In this document: in pieces, positions 55,749 to 64,000 of the stretch
Layout: each line of letters opens with the position of its first letter
How positions within the stretch are numbered: position 1 is the first letter of the stretch
Virus record (IMG/VR): IMGVR_UViG_3300025133_000025
Length of the DNA stretch: 64,000 nt
Direction: 5' to 3' (one strand)
Source of the DNA: a virus
Lineage: Duplodnaviria; Heunggongvirae; Uroviricota; Caudoviricetes
Notes under the pieces: generated by a model
Databases searched by the model: none
What the model saw: only the letters and a program-made list of their open reading frames with translations
Told to the model about the DNA's origin: nothing
Program-made: the position numbers and the translations under genes

Positions 55749-57553
55749 CAGATATCGTGCCTCAGCTTGAACAAAAGGGGCCTGTTTGGAGTAACTCTGG
55801 CAGGCTGCGCAAGTTTTGCAGTCGCAACCAGCTCATAATGTTCATTATAAATCCCAATTGTTGTTACGTAAACTTCATCTTTTGTTGCCCTGAAATTGTA
55901 ACTTGACCCAGTTAGCGGCGATGGTGGACACGGGTGATCAGCAATGCTCGAACCTGACAGTGACTCAGCGTCAACAATTCTTGCATAGGATGCGTTGGTT
56001 GTGCTGTTCAGCGTGTTTGCTGGCAACCGGCAGAGGTACATGTTTTCAAAAACGCGATGGTCTGCCCGAAAATGTATCGATGATGTTGACAGTGGGCCTA
56101 GGCCATTATTCAATGTCAGTGGGTTTGTCAGCATGATAATTCCTCTATCATACATAACACGCCCGAGCTTATTCCATGTGTGCCCGCCAGAGAGAATAAG
56201 GCAACCGTTGCCATCGTCAATAAACTTTGTGGCATTGTAGGCTGGTAATGAGCCAGATTCGTCAGGTACACCAACAGCTGTCGATGCGCTCAGGAAAGAG
56301 TTTTCCCAAATCTCAATGGACTCTCGCTTAATTTGGTCGCCATAATAGACATGTGAAATATCAAAGACCATTGCATCACTGTACTGTGAAACAGCACTTT
56401 CGCAGAATGTGAATAGCCTATCGGTGCTAATACCCCATGATCTGCGGTCGGTAGGAAATGTCGGGTGAAGTGGCAGATCAATAGGAGATGTAGCAGCACC
56501 ATAATCAACAAGAGTTGAACCAGAGCCAGCAGTCGCAGGCCAATAATGCAGAAGATTAGAGTCAGCTGCCTCATCAGTGGTTAGTGAACGGTTCCAAGTA
56601 CCTGACATCTCTGCAGGAGTTCTCTTGTCAGACCAAATTCGTGTTTCGTGCAAGGCGCCATGAAGACGATTCACATTGATCACTGCTGTTGTTGCACGCC
56701 CACCAACACAAACTGGACCGACTTCTTGCACAGCAATGTTGTCAGAGCTTGAAACATGCATAGTTTCAAGATTATGCATGAATGAGCCCGATTGAAGGAC
56801 ACCATCCCACTGAAAGGCGAAGTGCGCCCACTGGCCTACACTTGCAGTCACGCCTGGCTTAAATTGAATTGTGCCGAGAGCGCCTGAGAATGCAACGCCT
56901 AATTCATTATCTGTATCGATGAACACCCGAAAGCCCTCTTCGGCAGCCTTACGGCGCGCAGAGAAGAGATATTGGACTACGGATGATGTTACAGGATTAA
57001 CGAAGTATCGTGTCTCATAGGTGAAAGTTTGCCCAGCAGCAAATTCGATGTCAGCTGACGCGAGCCAAGCTGAATCAGCATCCTGATAGGAGTGCGCATG
57101 AAACGCATGATGAAAGAAAAGTTTCGGTGCCGCAGAGTCTGCAATGGTATAACTTTGCTCACTGTCTGCCATTTCATAGCAGGGATCAAAAACACGATAG
57201 ATTGATCGTAATCGGGATTCTGGATTGCTGCCTGCTATCTCACCAATCGATTCAGAGAAGAATCGAACAGCAGAGGACATTTCCCAGCCAAGTGTAGCAG
57301 TAGCAAAGTTTAAGAGTGCAGAATCAGGATTGTATACACAGGTGCCAGACGTCGCAAAAACGTTCTTAAACTTAACAGCATTACCATCAAGTGGCACTGG
57401 AGCAAAAGATGAACTACGATAAAGTTTTGCAGGCGTCCCAGTGTCAATTACACCAGATGTGTACGTGACAAAGTTGCCACCCTGCAGCTTGTACCGCGGG
57501 GCCGCTCGAAAATTTCCGTATACTTTATCACTATCGTCAAATTTGAAGAACAC
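55748..57553 (-). CDS. Baseplate-region structural protein with LamG/concanavalin-like domain
   Basis: WAHFAFQWDG, GALHETRIWS, L.HYW; C-terminal YVTTIGIYNEHYELVATAKLAQP. Confidence 0.7.
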   Translation of the reverse strand: MFFKFDDSDKVYGNFRAAPRYKLQGGNFVTYTSGVIDTGTPAKLYRSSSFAPVPLDGNAVKFKNVFATSGTCVYNPDSALLNFATATLGWEMSSAVRFFSESIGEIAGSNPESRLRSIYRVFDPCYEMADSEQSYTIADSAAPKLFFHHAFHAHSYQDADSAWLASADIEFAAGQTFTYETRYFVNPVTSSVVQYLFSARRKAAEEGFRVFIDTDNELGVAFSGALGTIQFKPGVTASVGQWAHFAFQWDGVLQSGSFMHNLETMHVSSSDNIAVQEVGPVCVGGRATTAVINVNRLHGALHETRIWSDKRTPAEMSGTWNRSLTTDEAADSNLLHYWPATAGSGSTLVDYGAATSPIDLPLHPTFPTDRRSWGISTDRLFTFCESAVSQYSDAMVFDISHVYYGDQIKRESIEIWENSFLSASTAVGVPDESGSLPAYNATKFIDDGNGCLILSGGHTWNKLGRVMYDRGIIMLTNPLTLNNGLGPLSTSSIHFRADHRVFENMYLCRLPANTLNSTTNASYARIVDAESLSGSSIADHPCPPSPLTGSSYNFRATKDEVYVTTIGIYNEHYELVATAKLAQPARVTPNRPLLFKLRHDI

Positions 57554-57564
57554 GTAGTTGCACC

Positions 57565-58770
57565 TTAGTAGTCTAACCGCACCTTCACGCTTACTGTTGT
57601 ATCAAAGTGCTTTGTAATAATGCTACCATGACCTGTGAGCTTGCCGACTGCGAGCATTCTATCGTTGGCGTCATAAAGACCGACAGTTGAAATTGCGACC
57701 GCTGGTGCCGGTGTATCAAGTGAGCCCGTGTCTACTACACGAATTGAACCAGAAGCATCAACCCACGTTGGATTTGAACTGTAATTAAATTCGTTAGGTC
57801 CTGCGAAGCAGAAGAATGTAGATGACTTCAGGTTTGCCTGCCCTTGGAAATCCAAAACAGCAATGGTTTTCAGCACAGTAAATGCAGCAACATCAACGGT
57901 TCCAGACTGTAGCATGTCCTGTAAATGCTCAGAACCTGCTGACAAAATCCCACCAACAGACGAACTATACTGGCTATCCATGTCGAATTGAAGATCAGTT
58001 AGATTCCAGAAGCCAGGGCCGCCGGAGGCTGACGTGGCCAATGAAACGACTGCAACTTGTGCGTCAGTGAAAACAACGCCGTGAGCATTAGCACCACCGA
58101 CTACCACAAGATCCCTTGCAACGCCGCCAGGATACACACGCCTTGAAGCGTCTGTTGTATCCTTCATTGAAATGAAAGTGTTATTTGCGGTTGGATGCGA
58201 ACCTGTTGTATACGAGCCTGACACCAAAAACGTTAGTAGCGTCTCTCCTTCTCGTAACTTGTCCTGACCAAAGAAACGCTTTGTGCTGATGAAGACGGCT
58301 TCTTTAATATCTGCGCCGCCTGACGTCTTGAAAACTTTATCCTTGTCTCCAAGAAGCGTTTTGGCCATCAACTCATAAACTCTATTTTTTTCAATTTGGT
58401 GTGCTGATGAAGACGCGGCAGGAAGAAAAACAGATCCTGTGTTAAGGCCGACTGTTATATCAAAGATTTTATTTGTTGTTGCTAGCAATGAATCAGAATC
58501 GTGTTGTGTCGCAAAGAATGCAGAGCGAGGATACGCAACAGTCACGCCGTTTGAGGCAGATGAATTTGTTCTGTAGACTACATTTGCAAGTGCAAAGCCG
58601 TTAGCTGTATCACCAGACGCAGAAATTGTAAACTGTGATGTTGTAAAATGATCATAATCATCGCTGCCACCGTTAAGAATATCAGATGCCGTTACGTGCA
58701 CGGCAGTTAGATTGCGGGTGCCCGCGACTGTGATATCCCTTTGCTTATCAAAGGTTTTAAAAACTGACAT
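57565..58770 (-). CDS. Baseplate wedge-type structural protein
   Basis: STFFCFAGPNEFNYSSNPTW, ISTVGLYDANDRMLAVGKL; C-terminus paralogous to that of 55748..57553. Confidence 0.7.
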   Translation of the reverse strand: MSVFKTFDKQRDITVAGTRNLTAVHVTASDILNGGSDDYDHFTTSQFTISASGDTANGFALANVVYRTNSSASNGVTVAYPRSAFFATQHDSDSLLATTNKIFDITVGLNTGSVFLPAASSSAHQIEKNRVYELMAKTLLGDKDKVFKTSGGADIKEAVFISTKRFFGQDKLREGETLLTFLVSGSYTTGSHPTANNTFISMKDTTDASRRVYPGGVARDLVVVGGANAHGVVFTDAQVAVVSLATSASGGPGFWNLTDLQFDMDSQYSSSVGGILSAGSEHLQDMLQSGTVDVAAFTVLKTIAVLDFQGQANLKSSTFFCFAGPNEFNYSSNPTWVDASGSIRVVDTGSLDTPAPAVAISTVGLYDANDRMLAVGKLTGHGSIITKHFDTTVSVKVRLDY

Positions 58771-59507
58771 TATCGCTGCTCTGCTACGCGGAAGTTAATT
58801 TCTGCAGAAGCGCCGCTAGATACGCCTTCAACACGTGCAGTTAAATCAAAGGTTCTGCGAGGCGCAGTTCCAACAAAGAAATTATCCAAGAATCTATTTG
58901 ACAAAGGCGGAACAACAAAGTTCAGATTTACAAATGCTGTATTATACTGTTCATTCATACCTGACGATCGAACAATATAGCGAGCCAAACCATTCTTGGA
59001 AGTTTGCACAGGCGAAAGCCTACGGCCCTTTGAGTCCATTAATGAAAGTGCGTCGGCACGCATAGTTACAATAAAAGCAGGATCAGTAAGCTCTGCATCC
59101 ATAACTTGCGGTTGATCTGACGTGCCAGCAAGGAATTGCTGTGAAGCAACAACAGTAACTGGTGTATTTGCATTATCACGCTCACGGATATCAAGGCGCG
59201 CATCAGGTGTTGAAAGACGAAGTGTTGGAAAAGTAAAGAGGCGCTTGCTAACTGACACAAGCTTATTCTTAAGATCCATATTTTCGTTTGTACTTGCCTG
59301 AAAAACGGGTGTATTGACAATCGGTGAAAAGATGGCTGAAATTGTCGAGCCGGACACATTCACACGTGTATAATCAAACTCGTCATCTCCTAGCGCAAAC
59401 TTTACAATATCGAATGAACCATCTTGGCGTGCAAGTAGCTCGCGCCCCAACTCTGTCAAAACAGCGTCAATAACGATTTCATTCTCTGTTGGATTAATCA
59501 TGCCCAT
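58770..59507 (-). CDS. Baseplate-region structural protein
   Basis: DAVLTELGRELLARQDGSFDIVKFALGDDEFDY, a motif typical of this gene in large uncultured myophages. Confidence 0.7.
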   Translation of the reverse strand: MGMINPTENEIVIDAVLTELGRELLARQDGSFDIVKFALGDDEFDYTRVNVSGSTISAIFSPIVNTPVFQASTNENMDLKNKLVSVSKRLFTFPTLRLSTPDARLDIRERDNANTPVTVVASQQFLAGTSDQPQVMDAELTDPAFIVTMRADALSLMDSKGRRLSPVQTSKNGLARYIVRSSGMNEQYNTAFVNLNFVVPPLSNRFLDNFFVGTAPRRTFDLTARVEGVSSGASAEINFRVAEQR

Positions 59508-59538
59508 TGAACGTCTCTCCTAGTAGCGTTATTAATAA

Positions 59539-60831
59539 CTAGACAGCACCGAGCGCCTTGATGCGAATTTTGGTATTCTTACAAGTGTCTATTGATGTAA
59601 AGTTCAAAACAATGTCTCCAAAGTCATTATCGACTGCAAAGAATAATGCTTCATTAGCAAGCGCATCTCGTAGTCCCTGCAATGGTCGTACCTTCACTTG
59701 CTTTAAAGCCATCATGTTTGTTAGTGGCTTTTCTAGTATCTTATCACCAAGTTCCATTCCTTGAAACGAGATTTGCCTATTAGTTTTCCCGATGCCCTTG
59801 TCTTTATGTACTGCAATTTGTGGAGATAATGCTGACTCATTTCCATGTACATCAATCGAAGTAACAGCAAAAAACAATTCATCACGCTGGAGTGCTGTGA
59901 ATAGACCTGTAGGGCTTTCAAACACAAAGCTGCGCTCAGCAAGTCCAATTAATTCTGAATTCATTCTCTTCCAAGTTCCATCAACGTCATTCTTTGCATA
60001 AAGGTTATAACCTGCAATCGGCTCTTGATCTGTATGCGGGATCGCATTTTCCCATGTGACGCGCGCTGTGACTTTGAATTGCCCATTTGGAAGCAAATCA
60101 GGAACAGGTGGATTTCCGGAAATTATGGTTGCACCAAGTGAAACCAGAAGGTTCTGGAATTGTAAATATTCATCCAAAAGCCGGCCAATCACCTCACCTA
60201 AACCAGTTACATCACCAACAATTTCGGTAAAAAATTTTGTGCCTCCAGTTTCAATAAGCTCAAACTTTCTGGGAGGCGGCGCCCACCAAAAGAAAAGTTC
60301 ACTATTACCTAAAATTGCATGGAAATCGTCAATGGCTGCAAACGGCTCTGTGTCAACGACTTGAGCCGGTGTTAGATTTGAATATGGTGATGCGACGCAA
60401 TATTCAGCATTTTCGTATTGGTGCATTGCTTCAAGGATTGCAGCAGGACGTCCAATATTTTGATCGATAGGATTTAGCGGTGATGAGTAAAATTGCTCAT
60501 TTGCATAATATACATTTAACTCTTCATCAGGGACAGTTTCCCCTAGGCTAATTTTATCATTAACAAGCAGTGAAAATTTTCCAAACTCGTTTGTGAATAC
60601 AACATTCTCATTAGAAGCTTCAATTGTTGTTGAGAATCTATCTTTGAACTCGTGATATTGATCTGCGGCCGTCGCTTGCTTGCTTGAGGCGTTAAGAACA
60701 CTTGTTAGCTGGCTATCAAAATTGTCAGTCGCAACAGTCACACGGGTCCAATTTTCTTGAACCGGAAACGGATTATTTTTTGTGAAAGCAACCTGGACAC
60801 TTTTGCAACTAGTCATTGATATCTCCCACAT
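59539..60831 (-). CDS. Structural protein with FN3-like domain
   Basis: IAGYNLY...WKRMN...FFAVTSIDVHGNESALS. Confidence 0.6.
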   Translation of the reverse strand: MWEISMTSCKSVQVAFTKNNPFPVQENWTRVTVATDNFDSQLTSVLNASSKQATAADQYHEFKDRFSTTIEASNENVVFTNEFGKFSLLVNDKISLGETVPDEELNVYYANEQFYSSPLNPIDQNIGRPAAILEAMHQYENAEYCVASPYSNLTPAQVVDTEPFAAIDDFHAILGNSELFFWWAPPPRKFELIETGGTKFFTEIVGDVTGLGEVIGRLLDEYLQFQNLLVSLGATIISGNPPVPDLLPNGQFKVTARVTWENAIPHTDQEPIAGYNLYAKNDVDGTWKRMNSELIGLAERSFVFESPTGLFTALQRDELFFAVTSIDVHGNESALSPQIAVHKDKGIGKTNRQISFQGMELGDKILEKPLTNMMALKQVKVRPLQGLRDALANEALFFAVDNDFGDIVLNFTSIDTCKNTKIRIKALGAV

Positions 60832-63800
60832 TAAGTAGGTGACTCAATAAAAACTCGTTTGAGAATTCAGCGTGATCAGTGTCAATTCTTCTTAGCACAG
60901 CTTCATTCAGTTCACTGATTTCTGGACGATCTATTTCTTTTAATTCAACCCCAAAATTCTCTTGCCCAAGAGGTTGGCGCAAAACTGCCTCACCTTCTCT
61001 TAGATTATAGCGTGGGTTCTGGCTATATATTGGATTTCCCGTATTTGTTTGCTGTGGGGTTGTCTGCTGCGTTGGAAAGCGGAGTGTTACAGGCGCAAAG
61101 TTTTGCAGTTGCGGAAGGTTTACACCAGGACCAATGATGATTGGGCCAGGTGAAAGGATACCGTTTAAGAATGCTTCAAGGTCTGCAATGTTAACAGAAA
61201 TTTCTCCCAGAAGGCCACCAGCAAATGGGCCACCAGCAGCATCTGGATCAATTTCAATAGGAGGCTCTAAGAAAACATCAAACTCTAACCCATCAAGGCC
61301 GGGGAGCAATGGACCAGGATCAATCTCTGGCACCTTTGTGCCTGGCTCTGCAATCGGCGAACCGCCGGCATTGTCAGTATCACCTGAGAACTCGGGGGCC
61401 GGAGGTGGCGAAAATTCAATTGATCTCAAATCCCAAAGCGCCCTTACTCTATAATAATAGAACTTTCCGTATACAACATTAACATCGGTCCAAATATGCG
61501 GTTCAGTCGGCGGAAGTGAAACAGTCTCAACAAGCTCCATATTTTCGTCAAACTTCTGCAATTCATAACCCTTGATTGCGTGATTCCACAAAAAGTGTTT
61601 TGTAAGTCTATCATACCCGCTAAATTGATGTGTATAATGACTGTGTAGATTTGGAATAAAAGGAAGCTCTGTTGTCACCCATTGCACAACATTCTTCATT
61701 TGAGGTTCACCATTACCATCAACAACTGGTCCATCTGGATTCAACTCATTTTCGCCTGCATCAAAGAAGTTATACACAGATTGTGCAAGCACACGCGGAA
61801 CCATATAGGCATTCATTTCAACTGAATCTGAGATTCTTGATGCAAACACAATATTTTGCTTCTGCGACTTTAGTATTCCGCCTCTCTCAACTGTTACATC
61901 TCTGGCGCGGAAATAATTTGGCTCGCGCCAGTCGTGCTGAATTAGAGCATCGATGATTTGCAAGGCGCGAGCTCTCCACATGTTAAAGATGTTCATGAAG
62001 GCGTCAATTTGCGCATTGGCAACATCAAATGAACCGACGATTTGTGGAATATTTGCAATAGCAGCAAGAATCCCAAAGGGAGGTGGAATTGCCATATAAC
62101 CTGACGCAGCAAGATTTGCTGCGTGGACCTTGGCCTCTTCATTCAGCTCCTTCAATTTCAAAATTGACGTCCAGCGCTCATCATTAAGTAGCGCTCTAAA
62201 TTGTTTGTACATTTCAAGGCGCTTTACAATGGCGCGCTCGCGATTTTCGATTGCAGGGTCTGAGAAGTCCCCGCCATTATCATCAAGTGCTTCATAGATA
62301 TCGCTAAAAAATTCAACTCGATGTGAAATTTGGCCCTCTGACAAGTTTCTTGTACTTGAAAAACTATCAGGATCACTTTGCACGTCAGCCAAGCTTCCAA
62401 TTGCCTCAGGTCCAATATTTAGTGTCTCAACAAGATCGTAGAATAATGGTGCTTGCGAAACGATTTTTGGAATGAAAAATCCAATGTCAATTAATTGATG
62501 AACATAAACCTTAAATTTTGTTCTAGCCTGCAAATGGCTTTCAACAACCTCACCATCTGGACCGTCAATGAAGTTAATTCTTGGAATTGTGAATGGATTG
62601 TTTTCAACATAATCCCATTCCTCCTGCCAGGACGGCAGCGTTTCAAGCGGCAAAACATATGGATCAACAGATCTACCTACAGCATGGTAAATTTCATCAA
62701 AAAGACTTCTAAACTCATCCGGATCAAAGCCTAGCTCACTTAGCACACCTTGCGTTTCATCATCAAAATCGTTTGGCCCTTCATTGCGTGTTGGGCCTTC
62801 AAGCGTAATTAAATCACGCAGTTGGCGCATGTTTAGCATGACCATTTCACCTAGTCCCTTACGGTCCTGAGCAGGTGTTAAAGTATGTGTGAAATTAGAG
62901 AAGCGTAGGTCATACCATTTTACTTCCTCAGTCTTAATTGCAAATCCCTGAACTGAATATCGCAAAATTCTGTTATCAGCAGCACCAAACGGTGTGTCCT
63001 CAAAAGTATCCTGAATAATCGCTAAATCGCTATTCTCGCGTATGGAAATGCCCAAAGAAGCTTGAATTAAATCTTCGAGTTCATCGCTAATTGTTTCGTG
63101 GTTATATACGCCAAATGCCCAGTTCGGATTTGTTCCTGGTTGTTTACCAATTGTGTAAGGGCCGGCCCGTGTTATAGATGCTGCGCTAAATTGCGCCATG
63201 GCACATGAAATCTGTTTTCCAAGTTCCTCAAAAGAATCACCAAGAATTAGTTTCGAAGCCTCCTCATAATAGATTTGCATGTTTGCATCTGACACGACAG
63301 ACGTGCTATCAACGTTAAAGCCAAGAGGGTTTGGGAATCTTGTTTGCGTTAAATAATCTTCAATTACAAACGGCGGATGAAAGGGATGCGCCAGCTTTTT
63401 ATCAGTTGAATCTTTTGATGCGCCGAATGTTTTGGCGCGGCGCATCGCGACGCTGACAACGTCTACAGCACGAAGAAATTGCTTATCTTCTGTCAGCGCG
63501 TGAGGCGTTGCCCATGGATTACCAAGAATTGGACCTGGATCTTGATTAATTTCAATCTGGTTAATTCTTCCCTTCCCGATTAATGAGCCTGTAGCATATG
63601 CTGTGAAGAATGAATAAACAGAATCAAACGTTGGATGCACGCGAATATCTAAAGTATTATTCGGAATGCGATCATAAAAGCGTGTCTTTAAATCAACAAG
63701 AACATTGGCATCACGCTCTGCGAAGCCAGGAAGAGGAAAGAAGCCATCTGCACCCTCTAGGCGCATATACGTAATTTTTTCCTGTAATTCTTCTTGTTTT

Positions 63801-64000
63801 TCAATTAGCCATGATTCATCATCAAGTGTGTAGCTGTAGTGTGGTGAAAACACAGATGGCGCGTCACCAAAATTGTCATAGTTTGATGGTTGATCTGTCC
63901 CCTCAAAAAGTGGGGGCTGCGAAAACCACAGGTCATTGTTCTGCGTGATATCTGCTGCTGTATCAAGACTACCAAGTACAAGCGCGGGACGATCACCCAG
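60809..64000 (-). CDS. Large structural protein with FN3-like domain; 5' end lies beyond the window
   Basis: The frame of 60809..63853 stays open to 64000 (LGDRPALVLGSLDTAAD...DAPSVFSPHYSY); IKGYELQK...WTDVNVVYGKFYYYRVRA. Confidence 0.65.
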   Translation of the reverse strand: MGDRPALVLGSLDTAADITQNNDLWFSQPPLFEGTDQPSNYDNFGDAPSVFSPHYSYTLDDESWLIEKQEELQEKITYMRLEGADGFFPLPGFAERDANVLVDLKTRFYDRIPNNTLDIRVHPTFDSVYSFFTAYATGSLIGKGRINQIEINQDPGPILGNPWATPHALTEDKQFLRAVDVVSVAMRRAKTFGASKDSTDKKLAHPFHPPFVIEDYLTQTRFPNPLGFNVDSTSVVSDANMQIYYEEASKLILGDSFEELGKQISCAMAQFSAASITRAGPYTIGKQPGTNPNWAFGVYNHETISDELEDLIQASLGISIRENSDLAIIQDTFEDTPFGAADNRILRYSVQGFAIKTEEVKWYDLRFSNFTHTLTPAQDRKGLGEMVMLNMRQLRDLITLEGPTRNEGPNDFDDETQGVLSELGFDPDEFRSLFDEIYHAVGRSVDPYVLPLETLPSWQEEWDYVENNPFTIPRINFIDGPDGEVVESHLQARTKFKVYVHQLIDIGFFIPKIVSQAPLFYDLVETLNIGPEAIGSLADVQSDPDSFSSTRNLSEGQISHRVEFFSDIYEALDDNGGDFSDPAIENRERAIVKRLEMYKQFRALLNDERWTSILKLKELNEEAKVHAANLAASGYMAIPPPFGILAAIANIPQIVGSFDVANAQIDAFMNIFNMWRARALQIIDALIQHDWREPNYFRARDVTVERGGILKSQKQNIVFASRISDSVEMNAYMVPRVLAQSVYNFFDAGENELNPDGPVVDGNGEPQMKNVVQWVTTELPFIPNLHSHYTHQFSGYDRLTKHFLWNHAIKGYELQKFDENMELVETVSLPPTEPHIWTDVNVVYGKFYYYRVRALWDLRSIEFSPPPAPEFSGDTDNAGGSPIAEPGTKVPEIDPGPLLPGLDGLEFDVFLEPPIEIDPDAAGGPFAGGLLGEISVNIADLEAFLNGILSPGPIIIGPGVNLPQLQNFAPVTLRFPTQQTTPQQTNTGNPIYSQNPRYNLREGEAVLRQPLGQENFGVELKEIDRPEISELNEAVLRRIDTDHAEFSNEFLLSHLLNVGDIND

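Noticed and set aside
32-62734. Numerous plus-strand ORFs in the track (e.g. 30046..30648, 31884..32363, 23739..24212, 6678..7130)
   Set aside because: They are antisense shadows of long, motif-supported minus-strand genes and have unnatural Ser/Cys-rich composition.
63805-63996. 63-aa ORF at the window end
   Set aside because: It is an out-of-frame overlap; the frame of 60809..63853 is itself open to 64000.
1-64000. tRNA genes, rRNA, CRISPR arrays, integrase or transposase
   Set aside because: Intergenic gaps were read by eye; no cloverleaf, regularly spaced repeat array or recombinase motif was seen. A tRNAscan run was not possible.
1-64000. Stop-codon reassignment (alternative genetic code)
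   Set aside because: Core genes are full length in code 11, and TAA, TAG and TGA all end genes at expected positions.
1-64000. Bacterial chromosome or contractile injection system locus
   Set aside because: Portal, terminase, capsid, scaffold, prohead protease and a phage-type replisome are all present, which indicates a complete tailed phage.

Overview
This window is an internal 64-kb segment of a large T4-like (myovirus-type) bacteriophage genome, almost entirely coded on the minus strand in the standard genetic code. It holds a replication/recombination block (DnaB/gp41-like helicase start, 5'-3' exonuclease, DHH phosphoesterase, RecA/UvsX, gp32-like SSB, PolA-family polymerase domain, SbcD-SbcC fusion, primase, RuvC) and a nearly complete virion module (baseplate, tape measure, tail chaperone with a probable +1 frameshift, tube, sheath, neck, major capsid, scaffold, prohead protease, portal, large terminase). 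It also carries an amidase, holin/spanin-like genes and a ribosomal protein bS21 gene that the ORF track misses. The main observation is a set of 12 accessory ORFs, mostly unrelated, that share an N-terminal leader of about 10-13 aa, roughly M-(K)-[FY]-P-[TS]-[MIV]-x-x-L-L-x-E. Cargoes include a kinase-like protein, a tandem-HTH protein, a possible ADP-ribosyltransferase, a paralog pair and three leader-plus-stub micro-ORFs. The leader ends in a T4-gp21-type L-x-E cleavage motif. Three of these genes are bracketed by direct repeats: a duplicated terminase 3' end, a duplicated ruvC 5' end, or the leader DNA itself. My inference is an exchangeable repertoire of capsid-targeted, co-injected effector cassettes. 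All assignments come from motif reading by eye; no database searches were run.
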